In this document: positions 49,389 to 61,579 of the stretch, in pieces | Layout of the letters: each line of letters starts with the position of its first letter | Position numbering within the stretch: the first letter of the stretch is position 1 | Origin: Lama guanicoe | Lineage: Eukaryota | Length of the DNA: 64,000 nt | Direction of reading: 5' to 3' | Assembly: GCA_013239625.1 (NCBI GenBank) | Contig: MU053561.1 | Span: forward strand, 4,341,992 to 4,405,991 | Notes under the pieces: model-generated | Database searches by the model: none | The model's input: only the letters and a program-made list of their open reading frames with translations | What the model was told of the DNA's origin: nothing | Program-made: the position numbers and the translations under genes

Positions 49389-52300
49389 GGGAGAGGAGGT
49401 GGAGTGTCTACATTTTCCTAAATCCATGCATTGCAGTCTCTTCCCATTTCCTCTGTCATTTTCCATTCCTGTGCAATAATTGGGCTATCTTCATCTTATT
49501 CCATTCCAAGCAGAGAAGTTGATTAGTCAACTAGAACCCTCTTAGAACCTTGCAATACTCTTTATCCATAGACATACTTGAGAGTGAAAGTTTCATAACT
49601 CTGACTCAAAAAAGGGAGTAGAAAGCTCAGTTTGTGTTTCCAGAACTATGCCTCATTTTTCAGCTTAGTTTGAACAGCAAGGCCCTGCATTTTTATGACT
49701 AAGCAAATACTGGCCCAGCTATTCCATTTGTAAAGCTTTTACCTTTATTCCCCTTGATCTTCAGCTGTCTATTCTTTGACAGGAATGAGTTGTGAGATTC
49801 TGACAATAAAACTTCACCCTGAACTTCTAACAGACATGTTTACCTAGTGCTGTATTGGTCTAATCATTTCCAGGTTCTGCCCCCAATACTGCATTTGTGA
49901 ATTAAAAAAAGAAGTATTTCAAAACCTCAAAACTTCATCAAGGATTATTTTGCTCTTTGAAAATGCCATTGTCAATGATGGTCTTCACTTAAAGATTTCT
50001 TCATTTGTTTTCAAAAGAGCATTCCGAAAAGATAGCATCTTAGAAGTCATTTAATTCAAATTTCTTCCTAATCCATAAATTATCAGCCACATGAGAAGAT
50101 GTAATTGTTAAAATTGACATTGTTTTAACAGACATATTCCATTCCAACATCAGATTCATCTAGGAACATGGAAACTTTTTGCTACATAAGTGTTTTGAAA
50201 TTTATATTTAAATGTAAAAGTCTTCGAAATTGAAAAGAAAACCCAGTCAAAACTTCATTACATTCCATGTTCATGTCTTTGATCCCACAGACTGATCACC
50301 TTTAAACACATCAAGGACTCTCCTTGGTTTTATTTTTCACATTTTAAAAAGTAAGAATATTCTTACATGCTTAAAATTTCATCACTCTTCAGTGAACACT
50401 AAGATTAAGTTTTGTTTTAACTTTATCCTTACCTTTGCAACCTTCACAAGTAAGGGCATTATAATGATATCCTGACGCTTTATCACCACAAACTACGCAG
50501 AGTTCTTCCTGTCCCTTAATTCGAATAGAAGAATGAGTTATTCTGGACCTTTTTATTCCAAGGTAACCATCTTCAGCATCATGGGCAACCACATACGTGG
50601 ATTTATTTAATTCACAGGAAACAAGTCCATACTCTCCACCATTGAACTGTGGATCCAAGCGATAAGTGTTGAAATGACTTTGTAAAGATTCAGACTGTAG
50701 AACTGGAGGAAACTGGACAGTAGAACATTGGCCATAAGGAGATTCTTGAAAATCAGTGTCATGTAGCTGATAATTGATTTGTTCTGGCAATATATCTAGT
50801 ATTTTAACATAAAAAAAAACAAACGGTGATAGTCAAAATTCATAATCATTTTCAAATTTCAAAGAGTTTTATATTCAAGAAACACAATTAGTTCAACATG
50901 TCCACTATATCCCAGGGACTTGCTCTTCAGCTTGAGAGGCAGACAGTAAACTGAATTGCAATGTATGATAAGTGCTGCCATCCCAGAAGTATGCAGAGGT
51001 TGCTCAGGAGCTGGGAGAAAGGGTTGCTCATGGCCTATATACCAACCCAGTCTATCTCCTTAAGTAGAAATGAGTATTTCCCAGAGCTTGGAATGAAAGC
51101 TTTTCCCTATCATCTGCATTTTCCTTGTCATGGATACAAATGTTTTCAGTGCAATCAGATCAGTAAAGAAATGAATTAATAATTTATCCAACCCTCACCC
51201 TTGCCAAAAAAAAAAAAAATCAAACTAAAATACAGTACCAGTTATCTGGTTATTTCCAGCAAAAAAATTTTTTGTTTGAACTCCTCATTTTTATACCTTA
51301 GCCATTTGTAGACCTTATTTAAATTACTAGTTTCTTTTTGTTTTGCTGTCTATCAATTCTAACTAGCACTATCTGGAGATAAATTCACTTACCTCACAGG
51401 GTGACTGTAAGGATGAAATAAGTATGACATGCAAAAGTATATAATACAAAATGATACTTAATGGATATCTTTATTATTATTATCAGAAGCTCCCAAACAC
51501 CAACTTACTTTCTGTTTTCAGGAGAGTTACTGAATCTAAATCCAGAAAATTGGGTCCAAAAAGACCCAGGAATACTTAATGTCTCTATGTCTATATCTAG
51601 TAATTTTGTACTTTTCCTGGTGCTGAATCACAAGGTGTTTTGATTTATTTTTATTCCCAAAATTCCAAGACTGGTAAACAGTATAATTCCTATTAATTCA
51701 CATAAATCATTTACAATTTTATAGCAGCCAGTCCAATGCAAAATGTTGAATAAATAACATAATAGCCTGATATAAGAAAAATGTTATCGGGAAAAATAAT
51801 GTAACTTTTTTTAAACAAGGGGGCTCTTCTTGGCTGAGTATCAAAAGACTGCAGAATACTGGCTAATGTTCCATTGGTATGGAAATCAGAGTTCAAGCTG
51901 TAAACGAAAACTGCATTTAAAACGAAATTCATATTGTAATTACAATCTTAGTCTTTTTGGAGAAAATCCCTATTGTCTCCTAAATTCTGTTTTCTATTTC
52001 TTTCCCTTTGATAAAAGTCTTATATTAAGATTAAAATTTCAAGTACATTGAATAGCTACTCTGAACTACAATTTCCAAATTACATGTGAACTAGCTTCAG
52101 CTAATCCCTAAAAATAACTTCTAATTTGCATGTTAATTCTACTTTTAAAAATTGAATACAATTTTAGACTGTGGTGCTTTTTCTTCTTTACATTTGATTC
52201 TGGCTTACAAAATCTTAGTATTTCTGATTTTTGAAATTCATTATATTCTCCAGTCAGGAATAAAGTCACTGGTTAATTTGTTAATTTCTTAAAAAAACAA

Positions 52301-52451
52301 AAAACAAAAACAAAAAACTGTGATTAAACATAATTCCCACCAAAAAAAGTTTTATTAACTATTTTACTATCATTTTTTGTGACATACCATAGTACTGCAC
52401 TGGTTCAACAAGACAATACCCATCAGATGCAGTGACATAAGTATTGGCCAT
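43673..52451 (-). CDS. NR1H5: Farnesoid X receptor beta (nuclear receptor NR1H5), complete spliced CDS, 508 aa
   Basis: Join of 52451-52388, 50795-50433, 48779-48639, 47968-47826, 47745-47641, 47476-47377, 46701-46579, 46182-46057, 45900-45787, 43920-43673 = 1527 nt with no internal stops. N-terminus MANTYVT, C4 zinc fingers ([28 protein letters not shown]), LBD ending [12 protein letters not shown]. Position upstream of SYCP1 matches known synteny. Confidence 0.95.
44130..45650 (-). mobile_element. L2 LINE in the last NR1H5 intron
   Basis: ctgccctcattgagctca, gagcagaggaatgacatgatctg, ttctggatatattttgagg, gagccctgggacactc motifs. Confidence 0.8.
45787..45900 (-). CDS. NR1H5: NR1H5 coding exon 9
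   Basis: tag|[37 protein letters not shown]|gtaaaa; 114 nt. Confidence 0.93.
46057..46182 (-). CDS. NR1H5: NR1H5 coding exon 8 (FXR-beta LBD insertion)
   Basis: tag|[41 protein letters not shown]|gtaata; 126 nt, frame-preserving. Confidence 0.85.
46579..46701 (-). CDS. NR1H5: NR1H5 coding exon 7
   Basis: aag|[40 protein letters not shown]|gtaaaa; 123 nt. Confidence 0.9.
47377..47476 (-). CDS. NR1H5: NR1H5 coding exon 6
   Basis: tag|[33 protein letters not shown]|gtaatc; 100 nt. Confidence 0.9.
47641..47745 (-). CDS. NR1H5: NR1H5 coding exon 5
   Basis: cag|[35 protein letters not shown]|gtatgt; 105 nt. Confidence 0.92.
47826..47968 (-). CDS. NR1H5: NR1H5 coding exon 4 (hinge)
   Basis: cag|[17 protein letters not shown]...VSSTTRSGK|gtgaaa; 143 nt. 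Confidence 0.92.
48639..48779 (-). CDS. NR1H5: NR1H5 coding exon 3 (second zinc finger)
   Basis: tag|[46 protein letters not shown]|gtaagt; 141 nt. Confidence 0.96.
49343..49386. repeat. (GT)n microsatellite, about 22 units
   Basis: Seen directly. Confidence 0.95.
50433..50795 (-). CDS. NR1H5: NR1H5 coding exon 2 (A/B domain and first zinc finger)
   Basis: tag|[18 protein letters not shown]...[23 protein letters not shown]|gtaagg; 363 nt. Confidence 0.96.
52388..52451 (-). CDS. NR1H5: NR1H5 coding exon 1 (start codon; exon acceptor probably at 52499)
   Basis: [21 protein letters not shown]|gtatgt; upstream acceptor gttcccttcag| at 52501-52500. Confidence 0.92.
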
Positions 52452-52749
52452 TCTTTTGTCCAATTTTCACTTCTTCATTAGTGAATGCTAAAATAGAACC
52501 TGAAGGGAACAAAAATTTTGTAGACTATTGGAAAGTGTGATTATCAAATCCATATGATTTTGTAAAATTACAGTACTGTTTTTGAAAAATAAAGAATTTA
52601 GTAGACTTTGTACATGAGACATTTATATTTACACTTTAACTGGAAGAATATTGATTTTTCGTATCTCTACGTACCAAATTATTTAATTGTAACAATTTCT
52701 TATTGATCAGCTCTTTATAAATAACCTAAATCTTTGTAATAATCATTGT

Positions 52750-52960
52750 GGCTCATGAAAGGATACCAAGCTTTGGAGTTAGACTTCATATATTGTTTTC
52801 ACCACTTATTTATGGGTCATTTATTATACCTCCCTGAACCTCAGTTTCCTCATTTGTAGAAGAGAAACGATAAAACACATCTAGCAAAGTTGTTGGGAGA
52901 GTTTAATTACATATTTGAGATCCAGCACAGTTCTTGACTTAAACAGAGTCTACAATTATT
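52750..52960 (+). mobile_element. MIR SINE
   Basis: Core cctccctgaacctcagtttcctcatttgta. Confidence 0.7.
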
Positions 52961-54367
52961 ATTCTAATAGTTTCAAGATCTCAGTGTTCTAAATTTAGAT
53001 GAATTAGGAAGAAAAAGTAATTTTTCATAAAGAAAATTAAAGGGTAGGGAAAGAATGGCTTTCATAGCACTTTTTTAAATCTTTTAAGTCCTTTGTAAAT
53101 ATTAATTTTTCATAGCACTGTGATATGCTAAACATTAAAACATGGTTCTACTTGACTAATGAAAACAGTTGTTTGATTACTGAAAAGTGTTTTGTTTTTA
53201 AAAATAAAGGCCCAAAATGATAAGCTGCTATGAGGAAAACTTATTCAAAATCTAAGACTATACCTTATGGGAAAAGCTATTTTTGCTACTTCCTAGGAAG
53301 GAACTCCAAAAATAATGAACCTTTGAATAGACTTAAACAGGAAATCAAAAAAAGAAATTGGAAGTTATTAAAAGAAAATAATGGTCACTCTAGAATCCTT
53401 CATATTTTATAGCTTTATTCTCTCTATTAGAACATAAAAACTGTTTTCACCATTTAAAAGAACCAAAAAAGAAGAAAATGGGTTTTAAATCATGCCAAAA
53501 GATATGCATGACCAACTTCTGAGATAGCTTCTCAGATTATATTGAAAAATCTTTTACTTAGATTTATTTCATGTGTGATGGGTTCATGGCTAAGGTTTCT
53601 ATATCCCTGAAGGTGATGCAAATAGTAATATTGCCAAAATTTCTCCTTTATTATTTAATAGACTCCAAGCTCCTTTAAAAGCACTTGAATCTTCCACTCT
53701 CTGACAGCACAGCAGCAGTCACACAGAGGAAGTATTGGATGGAACAGATGAAGCAAAGGTGGTGCCCCCAAATAAGTGTGATTTCAGTATGACTTTTTCC
53801 TTGAAAAGTAAGAACTAAAATCAACAGGCCCAGCCAGTACCCACTTCTGTTTTCCCTGTATCACAATAGGATAATTGGCTCTCCATACAAAAAGAATTCT
53901 GAATGCTATCAGTTTAACCTGTGTGATACTTTTTAGCAACAGTGTTAAGACTTTTCCACACTTCTCTTTTGAGTCTCAAATAGATTTCAGAAAATTCCAA
54001 ATGCATGTGAAAACTTGAAGTTGTTATTCCCCTTTCTTTTAAAATCGCTGCTTTTATCATTAGGCTTCATTTAATATTAAACATATGAAAACCACTGAAA
54101 TTTTTAAAGTATTTGGTACTGCTTTGGCATAGACTTTTGCTGAGAGAGATTTCATTTAAGAAGTAATACAGAATAAACCAGAGGTAGCTCATTAAAACAA
54201 AACTGGTAATATCCTGGCAAATACACACGGAAGTATCTTAAAACAATGCTGCTGTCAGGGTTCATATCATAAATAACAATGTTCTCAAACCAAATCTTTC
54301 CAATACTGAAAAATAAATGCCCCCAAATATTGTCTAAAGCAGAAAATTTTTTTCAGCCTATGAACTA

Positions 54368-56883
54368 CAGGTGTACCTCAGAGATATTGCATGTTTTGGT
54401 TCCAGATCATCAAAATAAAGCAAATATCACAAGAAAGCAAGTCACATGATTTTTTTTATTTCCCAGTGCACATAAAAGTTATGGTTAAACTATACTGTAG
54501 TCTATTAAGTGTGCAATAGCATTATGCCTTAAAAAATGCATACCTTATTAAAAAATACTTTATTGCTAAAAAAAAATGCTAACCATCATCTGAGGCTTTA
54601 GAGAGTCATAATCTTCTTGCTGGTGGAGGGTCTTGCCTCAGTGTTGTTAGCTGCTGATGATCAGAGTGGTGGTTGCTGAAGGTTGGCATGGCTGGGACAA
54701 TTTCTTAAAATAAGATAATTATGAAGTTTGCTGCATTAATTTAACTCTTCCTGTCATGAACGAGTTCTCTGTAGCACTGCTATTTGAGAGCATTTCACCC
54801 ACAGTAGAATTTCTTTCAAAATTGGAAATCAATCCTCTCAAACCCTGTCAGTGCTTTACAAACTTAGTTTATGTAATATTCTAAGTCCTCTGTTACTATT
54901 TCAACAACCTTCACAGCATCTTCACCAGGGGTAGATTCCATCTCATGAAGCTACTTTCTTTGCTCATCTATAAAATGCCACTCCTCATCTGTTCAAGTTT
55001 TATCATAAGATTGTAGCAATTCAGTCACATCTTCATGTTTGACTTCGAATTCTAGTTCTCTTGCTGTGTCCACCACAACTGCACTTACTTCCTCCACTGA
55101 AGTCTTGAACCCCTCAAAGTCATCCGTGAGGGTTGGAATCAACTTCTTCCAAACTCCTGTAAATGTTGATATTTTGACCTCTTCCATGAATCATGAATGT
55201 TCTTAATGGCATCTAGAAAGGTGAATTCTTCCCAGAAGATTTTCAATTTGCTTTGCCCAGATCATCAAAAGAATCACTATCTGTGGCAGCTATAGCCTTA
55301 TAAAATACATTTCTTAAATAATAAGACTTGAAAGTCAAAAGCCATAAGTTTCAGAATGAATGTTGTGTTAGCAGCATAAAGACGAAATTAATCTTGTCTA
55401 TCTCCATTAGAGCTCTTGGGTGACCAGATGCATTGTCAATGAGCAGTAAATTTTGAAAAGAATGTTTTTTTTCCTGAGCAGTAAGTTTCAACAATGAACT
55501 TAAAATATTCAGTAAACCATGTTATAAACAGATGTGCTGTCATCCAGGCTTTGTTTTTCCATTTATAGAACACAGCAGAGTTGATTTAGCATAATTATTA
55601 AGGACCCTAGGATTTTCAGAATGGTATCCAGAATGGTAAAGGAGCATTGGCTTCAACTCAAGTCACTAGCTGCATTAGCTCCTAACAAGAGTCAGGCTTC
55701 CCTTGAAGCTTTGAAGCCAGGCATTCTCTCTAGCTGTGAAAGTACTAAATGGTATTTTCTTTGAATGTAAGGTTGTTTCATCTACATTGAAAATCTGTTG
55801 TTTAGTGGAGCTGCCTTCATTAATGCTCTTAGCTGGATCGTCTGTGTAACTTGCTGTAGCTCCTTCATCAGCACCTGCTGCTTCACCTTACACTTTTACA
55901 TTATGAAGATGGCTTGTTTCCTGAAACCTCGTGAACCCACCTCTGTGAGCTTCACACTTTTCTTCTGCAGTTTCCTCATCAATCTTAACCTTCATAGAAT
56001 TGAAGGGAGTTAGGGCCTTGCTCTGGATTAGGCTTTGGCTTAAGGGAATGTTGTAGCTAGTTTGCTGTTCTGTACAGACCATTAAAACTTCCTCCCTATG
56101 AGTAATAAGGCTGTTCTACTTTCTTATCATTCGTGTGTTCACCGGAGAAGCACTTTTAATTTCCTTCAAGAACTTTTCCTTTGCATTCACAGCCTGGCAA
56201 ACTGTTTGGCACAGAGGCCTGGCTTTTGACCTGACTCAGCTTTTGACATATCTTCCTCATTAAGCTTAATCACATATAGTTTCTGACTTAAAGTGAGAGA
56301 CATGAGATTCTTCCTCTCACTTGAACACTTATAAGCATTGTTGGGTTATTCATTGGCCTAATTTCAATATAATTGTGTCCCAGGAAATAGAGAGGCCCAA
56401 GGAGAGGAGAGATGGGCAACAGCCATTTAGTGGGTCAGTGAGAACACATACATTTATTGATTAAATTCACTGTTTTATAGGGGCATGGGTTCCTGGTGCT
56501 GCAAAACAATTACAATAGTAACATCAAAGATCAGTTATCAGGGGGAGGGTATAGTTTAGTGGTAGAGTGCATGCCCAGCATGCACAAAGTCCTGGGTTCA
56601 ATCCCCAGTATCTCCATTAAAGATAAATAAATAAATAAAAACCCTATTATCCCCCCCAAAAAAACAAACAAGATCAATGATCACAGATCACCATAACAAA
56701 TGTAATAATAATAAAAAAGTTTGAAATATGAGAATTACCAAAATGTGACACAGAGACACAAAGTGAGCAAATGCTGTTGGAAAAATAATGCCAACAGACT
56801 TGCCTGATGCAGGGTTGCCACAATTTGTAAAAATCTCAGTATCTACAAAGTGCAACAAAGTGCCATGAAATGAGGTATGCTTA
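54368..56883 (-). mobile_element. Full-length Tigger1 (TcMar/pogo) DNA transposon, transposase decayed
   Basis: TA|CAGGTGTACCTC ... GAGGTATGCTTA|TA terminal inverted repeats with TA TSDs; transposase fragments [18 protein letters not shown] and NIPLSQSLIQSKAL; about 2.4 kb excluding the SINE. Confidence 0.92.
56541..56669 (+). mobile_element. Vic-1-like SINE nested in Tigger1
   Basis: GGGGGAGGGTATAGTTTAGTGGTAGAG...CTGGGTTCAATCCCC; TSD AAGATCAGTTATCA (56527-56540) / AAGATCAATGATCA (56670-56683). Confidence 0.87.
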
Positions 56884-57889
56884 TATACCAGGGTATATAT
56901 GGGAAATATACATAAATAAGCCACTGAGTAAAATGTGCCTTTTAAATTATGAAATATTTACCTATTTTATATGCTATAGTAATAGTTACATTATTTTCTA
57001 CACAAAATTTTCACTAATTAAATTTTTCTTTATACTTTTAAATGTTTAATAGAAGTATTATAATATGTATTCATGGTAAAACAAATCTTTCAGAGTGTGT
57101 TTATAAAATTAGCTTAAAACACTTAAGTAATTATTAATGACATAGAGAGAGATATGTAATCAAAAACTTCCTATCCTATTAAAATAAAGAGAAAAGTTAC
57201 AGTGGGCTTGGAATGATTCATTTGGTTATCTTTCCCAGTAAATATTTACTTAAAGAGAAATTAACTCAGTTCAGAGAGGAGATTTTATCAAGAGGATCAA
57301 TTTGGCATGGGCAAAGTCTATATTTTTCTTTAACAAATATGACTTTATAAAAAACCGTGCTTTTCACAGATCATGATAGCCATGTTACTGAAAAGCTGCC
57401 TAATTGCATAAATGAATTTGCATATCCTCTGCTTTAACCATAAATTGTCCTTAGTAACTCTTCATATATCTTCAACCTTAACAGGAAAAACGTTGATTTC
57501 TGAAAACTACATCTGTATGTTAAAGAATTTCACAGTTTTTACATTTTTACTCTTGCAATATATGTCATTTGAATCATGAATAATTCACTGCTTAAAATGG
57601 ACATAATTGAAAAGTAGATTGCTTCACAAGGAAAACATTTTAGTTTTCATAGTAGCCTCTACTCAAAAGTGAGTGATAGTGCTTTATGATGCATAATTAT
57701 TAAAAGGATTTTTTATGGTAGTGTTTCTTTGAGCCAAAACTCTTTGAACTTACTGGAACCAGGAAAAATGAAAAGAATATATTTGAATAATAACGCAAAT
57801 TAAGGCTTCTTGATTCCTTCATAAGAATCTATCCTTTAACTTTAGAGTACAGGGAGGATTTTACACTGTGAAGTCTTCTCATAGTTTTA

Positions 57890-58165
57890 TTATACAGCTT
57901 TATTGAGATGTAATTTACAGAACATAATATTCCTTCTTTTAAATTCACTATACAGTTCAGTAGGTTTTAGAATATTCAGAGTGTGCAGCTATTACCACTA
58001 TATAATTCCAGAGCATTTTCATCACCCCAAAATGAAATTCCACACCTGTAAGAATCACACCTCATTCCTGCCTCTCGCCAATTCCTGACAACCACTAAGC
58101 AACTTTCTGTTCCTATGGATGTGCCTGTTCTAGACATTTCATATAAATGGAATCATATAATCCAC
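57890..58165 (-). mobile_element. L1M 3' end fragment
   Basis: acagctttattgagatgtaattt...ctagacatttcatataaatggaatcata. Confidence 0.75.
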
Positions 58166-58886
58166 ATACAGATTTAAATGAAAAAAGTATTTAATATCAT
58201 GTCAAGTAGCTTTCACAGTTTAAGATAGAAAGAAAATAAACTAAGTATTTAGAAAATTCATGACTATGAAATTAATATTTTATGTACTTCAGAGGCATAT
58301 AAATATATTTTGTGTCTATTTCCATAATTTGGAACAATTTTTGCAATTATTGCATCATAGAATTTTCAATAGAATTATAATTCCCTGAATACACCTTTAT
58401 CAGAATATATTTGAAGTTGGTTTGAATTTACATGTAACTATTGCTCAAAAAAATAAAATATATTTTACCAATAAGATCTTGATTTAAAAATAAGTTTCAT
58501 TTTTAAAATACAACAGTAAAGATTATTGTGAAGTGATTTATAGTATTACATCAAATATCAAGTCCAACTACAGTCCCAAGTTACTTTATCATTCTTTAAG
58601 AAAGAACCAAATTATTGCATAATCTACCTTACTTAATTAAATGTCTTATTTTCAAAGGGAAAATGCTTTTTACAGTTTGACTACTGTAGTAACAACAATT
58701 AGCTTATTCACCTTGAAAAAATTAAGTTAATGTTAGTGGAAACTAAACATCTCAAGAAATACCCTTTAATTTATTAATATCATACAATTTAATAATAGTT
58801 TCAAGTAAATTGTAGACAAAATTAACATATTTAATTTAGACAGCAAAAACACATTTTTCTTATTTTAGAGAAAACAAAATACTCAC

Positions 58887-59240
58887 AGTTCAGTGATATT
58901 ACTAGAGATTGTCCTTTTCCTCACAGTATGAGTAGAGGTAGATTTAGCAATGACTTTAACTTTCCAGCTGGAGCAAACTGGGCCTTTTCCCTATTTATCA
59001 AGGAGTGGAAAGCGGGGCATGCTGCATACACTTAGGCTCCAGACAATCTGCAGAGAAATGCTTCAGCTTATCTCAGAGACAAACTTTCCACACAATCCTC
59101 TCGGGTCAAAACAAGGGCAGTTACAGGCTAACATAAATCAAATAATAACCAGATCATCAGTGATAGAAGCCTTTGGGACTTTCAGGTCACATTCTCCCAG
59201 AGTCCCTTATTGTTTACTTAACAAATATTTTGTTTTCTTG
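58887..59240 (-). promoter_or_regulatory. Candidate NR1H5 non-coding first exon and promoter
   Basis: Donor |gtgagt at 58886-58881, TATA-like GATAAATA near 58995, forkhead motif TGTTTAC at 59211-59217, non-repetitive sequence. Confidence 0.3.
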
Positions 59241-61579
59241 ATTGCATTTTCCATTGTCCCATTTTGAATACAAAACATTAGTCTCTGCAAAGTACTGAGT
59301 AATAGATACAGGAAGGAAAAAAACCTTCATTAAATTCACACTCCACTAACACAGGTGCTATAACAAATTTGAAGTTAATTTTTTCATTACCTACAAAAAA
59401 GTGAACTTGTTAAACCAAATAACAGCGTGAATAATAATTCATAGATTACTACAATGTTAGATGTATACAAGTCATCTAATCCAACTGTCTCATGTTTTTG
59501 GCAAAGAAAAACTGCAATACAAATAAATACTACTTCTTGTCCAAGTTCTCACAACTACTTAGTAGCAGAGATGAAACTCAATGAAAATCCAAGCAGCTGA
59601 ACAGGATTTATAAATAATTTCACTATGATTTTTTCATGGCACTTACATAAATAAAGTTTGTTGGATACCAGGCTCATAGTCTCATCCCTTTAAGGCATTT
59701 CTACAGACGCAAGTTTACAAACATGTTTCACCACTAAACTCCATCTTCCTGGTCACACCTCCTCTGACCTGATGACTCACTTTTTTTAATCTTGTCTTAG
59801 TCCTACCCAGTTCCACTTTTGCATAAATATGGCACAGCTTCAGTATACACCTTTACCTTTCCTGGCATCTGATCTTGTCCACCTCCAGTTTCTGCCTTCA
59901 AACTATAATACTGATGATGAATTCTTCAAGGGTCTTCATCTACCACAGGGCAGAATTCACGGTAAATTCTGCAAGTCACGTCATGTGGAGTTTCGCTTAC
60001 TTTTTAAAATAATAGGCCTTGTATCTGTGAATTTTAATTAGTGAACCAAATAATAATCACAGCATTGTAATTCATTTGTGTTGATCCTAAAATATTTCAA
60101 AAATAGGCTTCAAATTATGTCTCAAAGAAGTGATATTCTACTAGCAGCCTTACATTGAAAAATAGCTAAACAAACATATACTACTTGATATTTTTTAAAA
60201 GCAATGCTTAACTTCTAAATATTTATCAGGAGCATTTGTTCCTTAAGAGAACACTACCCTTTCACTATCAGTATACAAATATCAGGAATAATTCATAAAT
60301 TTTATTGTTGAGATAAGTCCCAATTTTAACCTCTGATTATAAACAAAATTAGTGGTTTCTGTATTAAAATAATATATTTTCACATACTCATTTGATTCAA
60401 ACTTTTTGCTTATTCATATTATCTTGACCACTCATACCTTCAGTCCCACCCTAATTATATCTGAGATACTACAGTTCATTTGTTAATCATCTTCTTTGTT
60501 TAGTTTCACAAAGACTAACTCATCCAGAACTTGATAGCTACAAAATTTTACATGTACTTCCCTGGTTTATAATAATATTCCAGACTTACTGACATTAGCA
60601 TAGTACTCATTCTAAGGCACTTAAAGACATGCAAATATATGTTGATATTTTAAAATAAGAAAAGGAGAATATATTTTTTTAATTTTACACATGCTACTGT
60701 CACCTGAGTGTTCTATTTATAATCACAGTTCACCGATATTTCTTAATAATCAAAAATGAGGAAATTTCTTGAAATGTATTCTTTTATACTGTCACTCAAT
60801 ACATAGCTAGTCTGTATGGATAGATACACGCCATTTAAAATACTAACATTACCTTATCAGTTACAAATAACCTGAGTTACAAATCTAACCCATTTGTTTG
60901 CTGTAAAGTTAGGACATCATTAAGGAAGGCTCTTTGAGAAAGTGACATCTAAGACAAGACCTAAAGGATGAGGAACAGCCAGCCACAGAAAAAGCTGAGG
61001 GATGAGTGTTTTAGTGGGAACAGCACATTTACGTATGTTGGCTTGTTTAGTGATGTATGTTGGCTTATTTAACACCAAAAGAAGGCCAGTATGGTGAATG
61101 GTGACAGAATACAGGACTAGAACAAGAGGAGACTGAAGAGAAAATCAAACCAGATTGTAAGAGCCTTAGAAGTCTGAATTTCCTTCTGGGTGTAATAAGA
61201 AATCATTAAATGATTTTAAGCATAAAAGACACAATCTGAAGTATATTTTTTGTTTTGCTGGGTTTTTTTAATTGGATAATATGCTATTATTTTGGGGGAT
61301 AAACAAAGTTTATTCTAGGAAGAGCAACTCATTGAGAGATATAACCATTTAAAAATTTACATATATGCACAGTTCATTGTTTCTAAAAACAGTTTAGAGC
61401 TTTAGCTTTTTAAACTTACATTTTTATCAAAGGAATAAAGCCAACCACAAAATAAAATCAACAGAATGCAGTAATTCAATAACAAAGGACAGTCAAAAGT
61501 GCTTACACATTTTATTTATTATTTATAACTTAGATGATTGATTTCTTGAATGTATGTAAGAACATTTGTTGGCTTGCTT

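Noticed and set aside
43673..52451. NR1H4 (FXR-alpha), or an NR1H5 pseudogene
   Set aside because: The MANTYV N-terminus, the extra LBD exon, the SEKW ending and SYCP1 synteny indicate NR1H5, and no disabling lesion was found.
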